This document shows positions 50,624 to 63,375 of a stretch of DNA of 64,000 bases, in pieces (position 1 is the stretch's first letter; every line of letters begins with the position of its first letter). The stretch covers positions 52,144,001 to 52,208,000 of the forward strand of contig OZ249436.1 of assembly GCA_965235115.1 (NCBI GenBank), written 5' to 3'. A program made the position numbers and the translations under genes. Below the pieces are notes generated by a model. It made no database searches. It had not been told where the DNA came from and saw only the letters and a program-made list of their open reading frames with translations. The DNA comes from Laetmonice hystrix (Eukaryota).

Positions 50624-53600
50624 ATGATGCGGTCGTCTTGGGTCTCGGCTGGCCTGCTCTATCATTTTGTGTTGATGCTTCTTATCACAGGTGAGTTCAA
50701 ACTAACTCTGGTATAAAACTTTTCTTTCCCATTTTATTTACAACCCCCCCAATACACAGACAGAAGAAACTGGGGCCTGGCCCTCACCCCTTCTTGCACC
50801 GAAAAGCAAAGAAAAGGATAAATTGTTGTGCTTCAACTTGAACGTTATAACGCTGCGGAGAGGATATAGGGCCCATCCATATTTTGGTTAGTTTGCCTTG
50901 GAGATGGAAGGAAACTTAGTGCTGTTCCTATAGGATGTAGAAATTGTATGTCCATATTGAATGGCAATGTTTATTCATATCGTAGGCTTACAATGCCAGG
51001 AAGACCGACCGATCGGTAGGAGTGAACGACCCCCACGGTTTCAGGATAGCGTGCGGGAATGGACGATCATTGAAAATACAGAAGTCGGTAAGTACAGGTT
51101 TATTCATTCATCTTAACAGACTCCATGGAGTGTTGCTATCTTTAGCTCCATTGGCCTAAAGCCAGATGAGCTCAAAGTGCAACATCAAAATGATCAGTAA
51201 AAATTCGTGAAGAAAAGTAAGAGTGTTGAGAGATCTTCAGGTTTGGCCGGTAGGGGTTTACCATGCTCATTGTATTTACGACATAATCTTTCTCCTGTTG
51301 GATAGAGTGTTAGAAATAAGCAGATAGGCATGCCAGTAAGTCGAGCCCCCTTTTCTCTGTGACAGGAACCAGTGTTTACCAGCTGCGTGCCGTGTCTGGT
51401 GATGAGAAGCCGATCGTCTACGAACTCAACTCGGATTACTTAAGAGTGAACTCGAGCACAGGACTTGTGACACTCAGAGAAGAACTTGACTACGAAAGAA
51501 TCACAAACTTTACTGTCGTTGTGACCATCTACTCAGTCGGAGACCCGTCTGTCAAGGTCTGTATTTTACTTGTTTGGAGAAGATGCGGGGGTTCATCTTT
51601 AAATTAACCGTATATTTTTGTTTGAAAATCATAATAATATGTAATGTTGCACAAATGACACTCTGGGTTGGTATATTAAAATAAAATCTATCCTTTGAAT
51701 ATAAATACCATTATAATATTCTGTTTCTTACCACCAGGTCCAACGTGAGATCCTTGTAAAAGTGCAAGATCAAAATGATGTTATTCCGTTCTTCAATGCA
51801 GAATCTTTTTCCACGTCATTCTCGGAGGTTTGATTCTGTTACGCTTTGATTGGGATGTGACGGGCTGTAAATGTTCCTTTGAAATATCCATTATGCTGAA
51901 CATGACAATGGATTGTTTTAATTATTACAATGTTTTGTCTAGACATTATCCTCTATTAAGTATGTTTTAAATGAAAACCTAGAGCTAAATGAAGACTTTT
52001 TCCTGTACATTTAAGTCAAAGAAAGAATTGAAGTAAGTATTATAAGGGGGAAATCGCAAAAGTTCTATTTTTTTTCATGAATGTAGAAATGTTAATGTGA
52101 TTGGTCTTTTGCAGGCTTTTACTCCAGGATCGACAGTAGTCACCAACATTCTGGCATTTGATAATGAGCCAAGCAACAGTGAGTTAACAGTGGTGTGCGT
52201 ACGAAGGGTCGAGGCTCAAGTAAGTAACTGCAGAAACCTGTTTTTGAAGCAAATAAACACACATTCTATTGACTCGGAGATAAAGGAATTATATGAGCTG
52301 AAAGCTATTTGACAGGGCCTACTGTAGGAAGTGATTATTTTATTATATTTATTTATTTTCGTCTAATAAATGACCTCGTAGCATTGCGGTGTTGTAAACC
52401 TTTGAGGTAAGAATATTGTTGCTTATACAGGGAGAAGATCCGTGCGATACGTTTCGTGTTCAGACGGAGGAGTCGAGCAATAGGCAATGGGTTGGACGTA
52501 TCGTCACCTCACGCCTCGTTGACTATGAGACGCGCAAAGTTTACGTCCTGCCACTCCGGGTTTCGGTGAGCTCTCGTCATTGCGTATACTGCGCAGGAAC
52601 TGGACAAAATCTAATGGGGTTAAAACTCGATTTAAAATAAAGCTCTCCACCAACGTTAAAAATACTACTTTCACAATCTTTACCACCACACTCTTTGGCC
52701 TAGTATTTAGATTTGAAAATGTAAAGTACCGGTAAGCAAGTGCAACTTTCACCAATTCAGACCGAAGTTAGGACCACCATCTGAAAATATAATTACCCAA
52801 GGTATTAACATAATGTAAGTTCCACATGTATTTTTGGATCTAGGACAATGAAAGTGATATTTTGGTTATATATGTAAGGGGGACTATAATAGTGATGTAT
52901 AGTGATATGTTGTGTGTTGGTCAGGACGGGATCCACACACAGATGATGCAGGTGACGTTGAATGTGGATGACGTGGATGATACCCCTCCTGTTTTCACGG
53001 GATCTCTCACCGCCAATATCAATGAAACCACCCGTGTTGGAGCAGTGGTCATGACCTTCTCAGCCACCGATGGAGATGCAACTTCCCAGCGACCAATCGT
53101 ATATCGGCTTGCATCAAGTAAGAACAGTGATATGGTGCTCACTGACAACTTTAAATATGACCTCCTTCATGTCAGGTATTTTAGTAGTGAACATGGTTAT
53201 TTCCTACAAAAGATATATCTCGTTTACATTTGCGCTATTCCACATGGCATGCTCAGATCATGTATCCACGGATAGAACAAACTGAAAGTAATGCTCTGAA
53301 TAATGTTATCAACAGATCCTGGTAATTATTTCGATTTGAATCCGAATACTGGCGTGTTGGTGACAAGGCAAGTTATTGACCGGGAAGGACTGCGCAACAG
53401 TTTCATCACCCTGCAAGTCGAGGTACAGTGACCATGTTCGTGTTAGATGTTCTAACATTAATAGGCCTACCATGCCGAACCTTAACTCCCAATAGCTTAT
53501 CATGAATTAATATGTTTCAATTCAGAAGTTAATGAACGTTGTTCGATAGTACAATGCCAGTAATTGTAGCACCATCCAAGATTAAGAGAGTAATAGTCAG

Positions 53601-56600
53601 TTCTTGCTTTCCTTCACGCAGGCCTATACTATATGCCATGGTGGGCGGGTTGTTTTGTTTTGGGAGGCCTAGTAAAACTATCCATTCCATGATGCAGTGG
53701 AATAATAACAACTCTGGCGGCGTGTGCGTTTGTTACAGGCCATAGAGCTGGTGGATGGGGCAGAGACCCAGGACCCCAACACTCGCACACTCACCCAGGC
53801 CACAGTGACGGTCACTGATGGCAATGATAATCCTCCTCGGTTTGTCGATCTGTCGCCATCCGAGGTGATGATAGACGAAGATATCGCCAACGGGTCACCA
53901 ATCCGACCTCTGACTGTCACCGATTCCGATCAGGTAGTCCCCTATATCACAACCAAAATAACGATCATTTCCCCTATAAAACATAGTTTTGTTTCATTCA
54001 AGTTTACTGATGGTCTACTTAACTACCAAACCTGTGAGAGAGATCAAGAAATGCGCTTCTGTCCGAAATGTACAGGTTATATCTCTGTCTGGTTTTACAG
54101 GGTCGCAATGGTCAGTTCCGTGTCATATTGCTGACTCACAACACCACGTTTGAAATCTTCCCGAGTGAAGGGGCTGGTACACTCACCACAAACATCAGGA
54201 TCAAGGATACAAACCGCATTGATTTCGACAATGGTATCCGCACATATGTACTGAGGGTAAGTCAGTGTCAGTTCTTGTCATATTGGTTTACCGCCTACCG
54301 TATATGTCTACGGGCTTAATTTACGTGACACAGACACTGAACTTGATGTGAACATCCCTGAGAGTCCACGAATAATTATCTGATTAAATATTCGCGACGT
54401 GACACCCTTGTGAAACGGCTCCCAAAACACTTGACCTTTGGAGTAGGCCTATGTCAGAATGTCCAGTGCAATTCAATACCATACACACGATTTATTGGTG
54501 GGGACCCATGTTTGCAGCTTACCAAAATAGATCCACTATAAAAACGTATATCATAACTGTCCATATATACATATTATTATGTTCTCTTCTACAAGCTCTC
54601 TGCTGTGGAGACGCAGACCGCCAATCCGAAGTCAAGTACCCGCTTTGTGACAGTGACCGTAAATGACGTCAATGATAACAGACCAATTTTCCCACAAAAC
54701 TTTTATGAAGCCAGCGTGAGCGAATTGGCGCCCGGCGGGACGGCTGTTACCACCATAACCGTAAGTTAGACCGATCAAATTATCTTCCTTTTTTTTAAAA
54801 AATAAATAAATAACTGGCGAAAACAATGTATTCATTATGAAGGGTTAGGCGTATGACGTTGAAGCGATAATTTGCAGTTATTTCTGGATAATGAAGTATA
54901 TCTGGAGTATGTCTTTCTGTCAGGCCACAGACGCTGACTCGGGTATTTATGGAGAGAAAGGCCTGCGATACAGAATCTTAGGCAATGGAGCCGACAAGTA
55001 AGAACTTACATTTTAAATGCCCCTATATCGTTATTATAATGTGCATATATTATTGCTATTTTGTGATTCGATGATCTTTGGAGGTTAATTGAAATAGTGA
55101 AAATTATTATCTCCACAGTTTATGTTACCAAGTATCATTCACTCTTGAAAGATTCATGCTGAGGACCTTTCACGTATTGAAAATGGTATTAACACCAAAA
55201 GGGCCAGTCCCAGAGAGATAACAAGTTTAGTTCGCAGAAACTGGCCTCACGTTGGACTTGACATGCCTAACACGGGTCTTTGCCCTGGGGTTTGTTTAAC
55301 AGGTTTAACGTTAACAAGGTGACGGGGGAGGTGACAGTAAAGCAGTGTCCCACACCTGGAGAGAGAAACTGTCTTGATGCTGAGACTACGCCAGAATACA
55401 ACCTGATATTTGAAGTGAAGGACAACTATGCCGAGGGATTCTCAACCCGTGTCGACCTAAACATTCGCATCCTGGATGAAAACGACAATGCTCCAAGATT
55501 CCGCTTGGGAACCTATGAGAGTTTCATCAAAGAAGGGTCCGTGAATCCTGACCCGCCTATCAACGTCCAGGTAACGCATTTTGTCACGCAATGACCCTGG
55601 CATCAACGACCAGGTAATGAATTTTGTCACGCAATGACCCTGGCATCAATGTCCAGGTAACGCATTTTGTCACGCAATGACCCTGCAGTGGGGGATCCAG
55701 GATTTTGATAAGGGGGGGCCCACCTGAAAAATTTTTTTTAGCCTCGCTACGCTCGGCAGGATTTTATTGCACTTAGAGTCTATAGCTATTTTGGGCCCTT
55801 TTGATCTATTTCAATGCGCAATGGCCCAGAGTTATGTTGCTTCTGGATGACTGAGGAGGCCCCTTTGGGCCCGATGTTACTATCACGTTTAATATAGGAG
55901 GCTTTTTTAAAAGAATTTTGTTGGAATACTGGTTTCATGGACCGAATAATGCATCTTCTTAAAAAAAACGGGGAAAAGGAAAATTTAAGGGGGGGGCCGG
56001 ATCCCCCAGTGCCCTGGCATCAACGTCCAGGTAACGCATTTTGTCACGCAATGACCCTGGCATCAACGTCCAGGTAACGCATTTTGTCACGCAATGACCC
56101 TGGCATCAACGTCCAGGTAACGCATTTTGTCACGCAATGACCCTGGCATCAACGTCCAGGTAACGCATTTTGTCACGCAATGACCCTGGCATCAATGTCC
56201 AGGTAACGCATTTTGTCACGCAATGACCCTGGCATCAATGTCCAGGTAACGCATTTTGTCACGCAATGACCCTGGCATCAACGTCCAGGTAACGCATTTT
56301 GTCACACAATGACCCTGGCATCAACGTCCAGGTAACGCATTTTGTCCCAAATGTCTACGATATTGACGCGTTCAAGTCGCTGATGTGGCACAAATTAAGC
56401 CCCTTTTAGGTACCTGCGCTATATATAGTTTAAAGAGTGAATCTATAGAGACATTGCAATCAATTTTGTTGGTGTTATGACAGGCAACTGATGACGATAC
56501 GTCCCGCAACAATAACAACGCCATAACGTACTCGATAGTGGGAGGTAACATAGGTAACCTGTGGCAGATTGGCCGGACGTCTGGAGCTATCGTCGCTTCA

Positions 56601-59600
56601 CGACCTGTCACCTATGCTGGTACCCCAGCCGGCTCGGGCACGTGAGTATTCGGTTCAGGAATTAGGCGGAGGCGGGGGGGGGGGGGCGGGTCATTGGTTT
56701 GGTGAAGTAGCTAGATAAAGGGGTAGTTAGACGAATTGGTCAGCACTGGATGATGGGGAATTCTGTTTTGGACAGGTTACTTTCGGACAAAATAGACCTG
56801 AGGCTGCAATCTTATGCAATCCTATGAAGTTTTTCTCACCAAGCAATGTTAAAGGCTTATAGAATTTGCCTTGTGGCTTCTGTTTGGGTCACCCCCTCCT
56901 CCTGCAGTTTGCAGTCTCATAAAGAATGTTTCCATTGTGTGAACTTGATCTGACATCGTCTGCTGATCGGACATCGTCTGATCTGGTGATTTTATACAGC
57001 CTGTCTGTTATTTCATGTACCAATCTCCATGTATGCTAATAAGAAAAGCTACATTGAAAATGGAGCATTTGAAAAAGGCTTTTTGATCTGCTTTAAAGGT
57101 ACACTCTGACCGTGCAAGCAGCAGACCCTAAATACCGAACAACTGGTACTGTGCGCATCCATGTCCGTGTAAGTTCACGTTTTCTTTTATTGGATAGAAA
57201 CATAAGGCTAGGCCTATATAAAATTGTCACATTGACTATTCTACGATGCTGTTGTCGTTGTAAATAGGCTTAGGCCTAGAAGAAAAGAGAGAACAGTCTG
57301 AGCAATGTAGACATGAAAGATAAAATGACAACGCACACGTCCGATGGAAACCTGGCAGAGATGATTGTGCTGTAGTGGTCTCACAGGGGAGTTCTTCATG
57401 GTACTGTCAGGATATCTGCTCCCAGTCAGGGGGGTGGGGGGGGGGGGGGCGGTGGGCGTCACAGACCTTTGTGCCAGGCGGACCCTTGCTCATGCAGTCA
57501 TGGATTCTTGCCGTTCTAATATTGCTTTGGCCAGTGAAGGACATTGTATCATTTTCATGAAGCAATGAAATATAATGTGAATGTGTATGTTGTTAACCTT
57601 TAGGATACGAATAACTTCCCTCCGGAATTCGTACCATCCAGTTACTATGAAGAGTACATCCCTGAAGACACTCCTCCAGGTAGGCAGGGAGTGGGGTCCG
57701 CCCTTTTGTATGCCATATGATCATACACTTTTGAAATTAAATGAACTTATCTTTGTGAAAGTGAAGATTAATGTAAATCCTACTTGTAGTCTTTTGAAAG
57801 ACATGAATAGCATATTATGCAGAGTCATCAGGCCCGTAAGACAAAGAGGATAATCCTCAGTGGTGTGTGCTGCAGCTGAAATGAGCGTTGACAGGAACGC
57901 CACTGTTGGGTTACCCGGATTTTCAATTAGCCTTTATGCTGGAAATGGATGCATCATTGCAAGGCTTGGGAGCCATCCTCAGCCAGGAGCAGGACGGTAC
58001 CAAGAGAGTAATTGCCTATTGGGGGCCTGCATGAGTTTTACATACTGAAGTGAGATCCAAGCTACAGGTTGTGGATATCTGCCCTTCCCCGACATTATCG
58101 TCAATGTTGACCAGGCCTATAGCTGTTTGGGTTTTTGTTTTTGCCAGGAACAACCGTCCTCACAGTGCTTGCCCGTGACAAGGATGCGCCAGGCAGCCCG
58201 AATAGTCAGGTCAGGTATCGGATAATCTTTGGTGCAGGTGGAAAATTCGTCATCGACCCAGTTACGGGCGTGCTGCGTGTTGACAGAGGAGCTACGTTTG
58301 ACTACGATGTACAGAATCGATACCAGCTCACGGTGAATATCTCATTCTATCAGTAGATTTAGCATGAATTCGACACCTGCCGCAACCTTTCTGTTCTAGA
58401 CACCTACTGGCTGCGCCGTTATGCTGTTGGCCTTGGCTATATTTTGATATAACGGCATAAGGGTTTGGCTGATCATGTCATGCTTTGGGAATTTGGAGGA
58501 TGTACCTTTGCTTTTACAAATATCAAAGACGTTCTTGTTTTTGTAGGTGATTGCAGAAGACCAAGGATCTCCAAAGAGGAACTCGACAGCAACAGTTGTC
58601 ATCTACATCAGGGATGCCAACAACAAGGACCCGTACTTTGAACCTTCCAGTGTCCGGACAGAGGTGTACGAAAGTAGGTCAACCACCTCACATTTATATA
58701 CCGGGCTATTTCTCATTGTCCTTGCTTTACTTCTACAAGGGAGAATGAAGTCCTACTTGGAAACGTGGGTTCATTCTGTATGTTGTGACAGTGAAATATT
58801 AGATGACCAGTACGTTAACACATGGTGTCGCTGTCATAGTGAGTAGCGTCTATAAAATAGTTTCCTGGTTAGAAAATGGCATGTGGCAAATATCGGTATT
58901 TCGTTAAAGTGATGCGCAGGCATATTTTTAGTTATAAAAAAAGAATAGGCACCCACAGTTTGACAAGTGAAGGTTTGTGTCCTGGTGTGCCATGAGCGTA
59001 TTCATTTTCTGTGTGTCAGATGTGCCAGTGAACACGCGTGTGACTGAAATGACGGCCAAGGACCCGGACTCCAATGCTGTCCTCGTCTATTCAATCGTTG
59101 AGCCAGTCAGCGCGTGGGGGCCGGACGGACAACCAGTTAACATTAATTCGTACAACTACAAGGTAGGAACTCCTGGAGTCCTTATATATCCCTTCCTGTG
59201 CCGACTGTCTTATTCAGCCTCCTTCTAGTATCTGCCTGATAGCGACTCTTACCCCGCGAGTAGTATATGGAAATGTTGCTTTGGGCTGGGCACTGTAAGG
59301 GCTCTGAATTGAGTTTTACAAATCATTCCGTGGAACAGTTGAAGTTTTACAGCAGGACCATTTTCACAGATCGAGTAGTGTTCAGTCCATTGGCCTTTCT
59401 TTTATTTCCGTCTATTGATTCATTTTGGACCATTAAGGATCAAATGAACCTACTCGGTAGATGTTACTTCCTCACATTTTGTGAAGTATTGCCTATTAAT
59501 TAACAACCGGTTAGGAGAACTGCATTGTATTTCTACTACTGAGGATTGTCACTGTGAAGTGTTTTTAGCGTTTGTCATAAGTCAGTGATTTTAAGAGTAT

Positions 59601-62600
59601 TCTACCGGAGTAGGTAAGACGGTACATTGTTTATATGTGTTTAGTTTTTATTGTGTTATTGGTGATTGTGGTGGTGTTGCTGTTCCAGGATCTCTTCATG
59701 ATTGAGCGGGACACAGGTGTGGTTAGGACCCGGTCTCGTCTTGACCGTGACCGGGCTGCTGGCATCTCACTCACCATCCAAGTGGAGGACACTGGTCAAA
59801 CTGGCAACCGCAAGCAGACAGCCACTGGTCAGTGCTGACCCCCACCCCCCAATCTCTCTCCACGCCTATGTGTAATACTGACTTCAGTGGATTTTCTTGT
59901 GGCTCCAATCCAAGTTGTTCTGTTCTCGTATTGCCAGGGTTCAGTAAAAATTATGAAATTTGTTTCAAAGTTGCATTAAGTATGGATCTGAGAATGCAGC
60001 TGACAATGTCATTGTTTGGCTTCTCCAGGTACATTGATTGTTGACATCCTGGATATCAATGACGGGCCGCCAACCTTCCCGCAGCCATGGACTCCAAACA
60101 ACCCATTCCTAAACATTAGCGTTCAGGAAGAACTACCCCTCAACTTCTACGTCACAACCATCATCGCAACTGACCCTTACGACTCGGTGGTCGAGTACCG
60201 CATCATTCAGAACCCAGGCAACTACTTCAACATCGACCAAAACACAGGTGAGAAAACCTCTGTATGTAAGGATCTCAGTATCTGGTCACAGAATAATTCT
60301 TTCATTAATCCTGTTTAGTGTTAGGCTGGTGATGAATTGGTTACTTTTGGATTTGAAGGTGTGGTTACAATCAACCGACGCATCGACTATGAGCAGATTC
60401 AGCAGACGTTCTTTGTGGTGACAGCAAGAGATGACGGCAGACCGTCGCTCACATCCACAGCGACAGTCAACGTCAATGTTATGAATATCAATGACAACAA
60501 TCCAACCTTCACACAGGTACTTGAAACGTCTCCCATTACGGTAGTTTAGATACCGGTACCTCATCACCAGACATTGGTTTTAGTACCTTGCGTAATTTGA
60601 GGTACTACTACTATGGTACTTTTGATATTATTAATATTGCTTGAACTTCATCATTAACAAGTAATAAGACTGGACCAACGTGTTTCTCTTGCAAATGCTG
60701 GCCTAAATGTGAACGAGATACCAGCACTTTTGGAAACCAACATAATGACCGAGTTTTTATGTGAGGCTGTTTGTCCCTACAGGACGACTATGATATTGAT
60801 CTGAAGGAGAATCCTCCAACTGGAACAATAGTTACCACGGTAACGGCTACTGATATAGACCTTGGTGAATACGGTATTGTTCGTTACAATCTAGAGGACC
60901 CACTCAACCGCTTCATAATTGATCCTATTACGGTAAGATACAAACTGTATAAAACGAGGTTCTTCTCCCTTTAATCACTGCAATATTCTTATCGTCATGA
61001 AATACCGTATCGCACTGAGTGTCTGAAAACTAAAACTAAATGCAAAAACTTCAGTAGATGGTTTGTACTTTTAGAAGTCATTCCACTTTGTATGTACATG
61101 GCAAAAGCTGTAGAATATGTTTAAAATGGAAGTGATGTGTCACAAAAGCTGTAGAATATATTGATATGTCACATAACGTGTAGAATATATTTGAAATGGA
61201 TACGATTTCTCAGGGTGTCATACGTGTTCGTGATGGAGCCACATTGGACCGTGAGAAGACGGATGTCATCACTGTCCGAGTCATTGCCTATGATAGCCCC
61301 AATAAACCAAACGATCGCAAGTCTACAACGATACCTGTGAGTATGCCTTCTGAGCTTTAAAACTTACAGTAAATAACCTACACTTATTAAAACTTTTTTT
61401 AGAGGTCAGAGGTGTAGGAAAGAAAAAAATGACTGAGGCCGACGGCTCTGGATTGAGCCTGTGGTCATTTTCTTGTGTGGGGGGATCGTCCAAAGTCCAA
61501 ATTGGTAGAGAGGTTTGGAGGGGAGCAGAATGACATTCCCCCGGTATAATTGGGGGGGGGGGCAGCCCCCTCTGTCCCCGCTTCCCACGCCACTGAGCAG
61601 TGGGGAAATGGAAACATTCCTATAAATTCTAGTTTCAAAATGTCTATTCTATTAAGGTGGCCATAGTTCTCGGAATGGCTTAAAATCCCCAAATCTGACT
61701 GGCTCTTGTTCCTGCAGATTTACATCACACTGACAGATGATAACGACCACCCACCTGTGTTCACACGTGCCATCTTCAATGCCACCATCCTCGAGTCAGT
61801 GCCAGTCGGCACTTCAGTGATCACGCTTACCGCCACCGATCAGGACGAGGGACCAAACGCTGAGCTCACCTACGTCATCATGGCTGGCGATGGCCAGGGT
61901 TAGTAGCCGACTCTTGGATAAGGAGTAGTTTTAGAATTATTATTGTTATTATTAATTCTGCACCTTTAGCAGCTTTTGTAAGGGGGGGTCTTAACAGGCA
62001 CTGAGGCATATAAAGTAGAATCTACCGGTAGATTGTATTTATCCATCCATTGTACTACTCACATTTCAGTCATAGCTAATGGTCACCCCATACTTGTGAA
62101 AAGATAGGCCCCTAGTCACTCCATCCATGCTCCTCAAAAGTTCGTTAGAAAGAATTCACAGAGAAAGCAACTCGGATTTGACTGAAGCTCCCTCTTTATG
62201 TTGGCAGGGCTGTTCCGAGTGTTGGATGAGGAGGGACGGAAGGGTCAGGTTGTGACAGCCGTCCCACTAGCCGGTCGGTCAAGACGGTATAACATGACGG
62301 TCAGAGTGGTGGACGGTGGCACACCTAGTCGGCAGGCCATGGCTATCCTTATTGTTGATGTCATCCCAGCCAATAATGAGGCTCCGCGCTGGATCTGGCC
62401 TCGCAATGACAACGAAACCGTGGATGCTCTTGAAGTAATTGACATGCAGTCATAGCCATAGATGAGACCAGAAGCAAAGCTTAGATAATCTATTTTAAGT
62501 TTCCCTCCAGCAGTCATTAAATTTTCATTCCAACAGTTGCACTGTTCATCAGAAACAGGAGCACCTGACACGTAATGACGGAGATTGGTTTCTATTTGCA

Positions 62601-63234
62601 GAACCAATATCTGGGGATCATAGTCACAGAAAACGTTCTCGCAGTCGATGACGGTGAGGGTGCAAATGGAGACGTTTCATATGGTTTCTTCTGGAACAAT
62701 GTCTTTGTTCAAGAGACGCCAAACTTTAAGATTAACCCCATCACAGGGGTAATTACTGCCAAGAGAGTGTTTGACCGTGAGGCCCGCGACACGTACACGG
62801 TGAGTGACATCGCACACTTTGTACTTGATTTGTCCTTGTGTTGTTGGCCCAGGGTCTCCAGCATTCACAGAAACAGCATTTTGATGCCAAACGAACATAT
62901 CCGAAATTAGACAGGAACATGTATGTGAAGGTGCATCAATGGGTGCATAAAGTAGTCCAAACAGTGTAAAACTTGATGTCAAATGTGCGTCTTAGTTTGT
63001 CCAGGTTTAGATAGATTTATAGAGTGGTATGATGACAGAGACATGGCGTAGAATCCAGACGACTGACATAGTGTGGTGTGATTTGTGGTTTCATGTTCTG
63101 ACTGGTCGTGATCCTGGTTGTAGGTTTTACTGGTGGCACGGGACGGAGGGCGGCCGCCGTACCAGTCTATGAGGTACCTCACCATCAAAATCCGAGATAC
63201 AGACGACCATGACCCGGTGTTCCCCCAAAACTTG
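50624..63234 (+). CDS. Cad87A: Cadherin gene B: cadherin-87A-like, exons 1-28 (signal peptide + 12 EC repeats, 1371 codons); continues beyond window
   Basis: Phase-consistent exons: 50624-50690, 50986-51087, 51366-51556, 51738-51827, 52115-52219, 52431-52565, 52925-53117, 53316-53422, 53739-53933, 54101-54256, 54596-54760, 54924-54997, 55303-55570, 56484-56641, 57099-57168, 57604-57679, 58148-58332, 58547-58673, 59020-59162, 59689-59827, 60029-60247, 60359-60516, 60783-60932, 61214-61336, 61718-61898, 62208-62434, 62602-62799, 63124-63234. Signal peptide MMRSSWVSAGLLYHFVLMLLIT; canonical DxNDNxPxF/LDRE motifs; CPTPGERNCLDAE insert in EC5, which I recall as a Cad87A feature. The cadherin call is firm; the symbol is less certain. 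Confidence 0.88.
55559..56347 (+). repeat. 43-bp tandem array (11 copies) containing the exon-13 splice donor of gene B
   Basis: Unit ATCAACGTCCAG|GTAACGCATTTTGTCACGCAATGACCCTGGC; 3 copies before and 8 after a MITE insertion. Confidence 0.95.
55686..56011. mobile_element. hAT-like MITE with 5-bp TSD inserted in the 43-bp array
   Basis: CAGTGGGGGATCC ... GGATCCCCCAGTG termini (1 mismatch); CCCTG duplicated at 55681-55685 and 56012-56016. Confidence 0.8.
57888..58030 (+). mobile_element. Gypsy/Ty3 LTR retrotransposon pol fragment (RT connection / RNase H)
   Basis: Translates LTGTPLLGYPDFQLAFMLEMDASLQGLGAILSQEQDGTKRVIAY, matching the Gypsy P-L-YPDF..F.L.TDAS..GLGA.LSQ...VIAY pattern. Intronic; no LTRs. 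Confidence 0.8.
61407..61595. mobile_element. Degenerate hAT-like MITE
   Basis: CAGAGGTGTAGGAA ... TTCCCACGCCACTG imperfect inverted termini with an internal G run. Confidence 0.4.
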
Positions 63235-63375
63235 GTGAGTGCCGCACTCAGGGGGCAGGCAAACATAGACTTTATCCTCACAACCAGTAATTCAGATGTA
63301 CTTAGATTGTGACACTGGCCCAAGTGAAACCATGGTACTAGAAAACAGGGGGTCGGGCCCGGGTTTGACTGCCCA

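Noticed and set aside
55559..56347. CRISPR-like array (also considered for 11354-12100 and 63376-64000)
   Set aside because: Units are contiguous with no unique spacers, there are no cas genes, and the context is a eukaryotic intron.
572..57449. Many poly-G/poly-C runs as functional G-quadruplexes
   Set aside because: Many sit in hAT-like MITE remnants or are plain homopolymers; no positional pattern seen.
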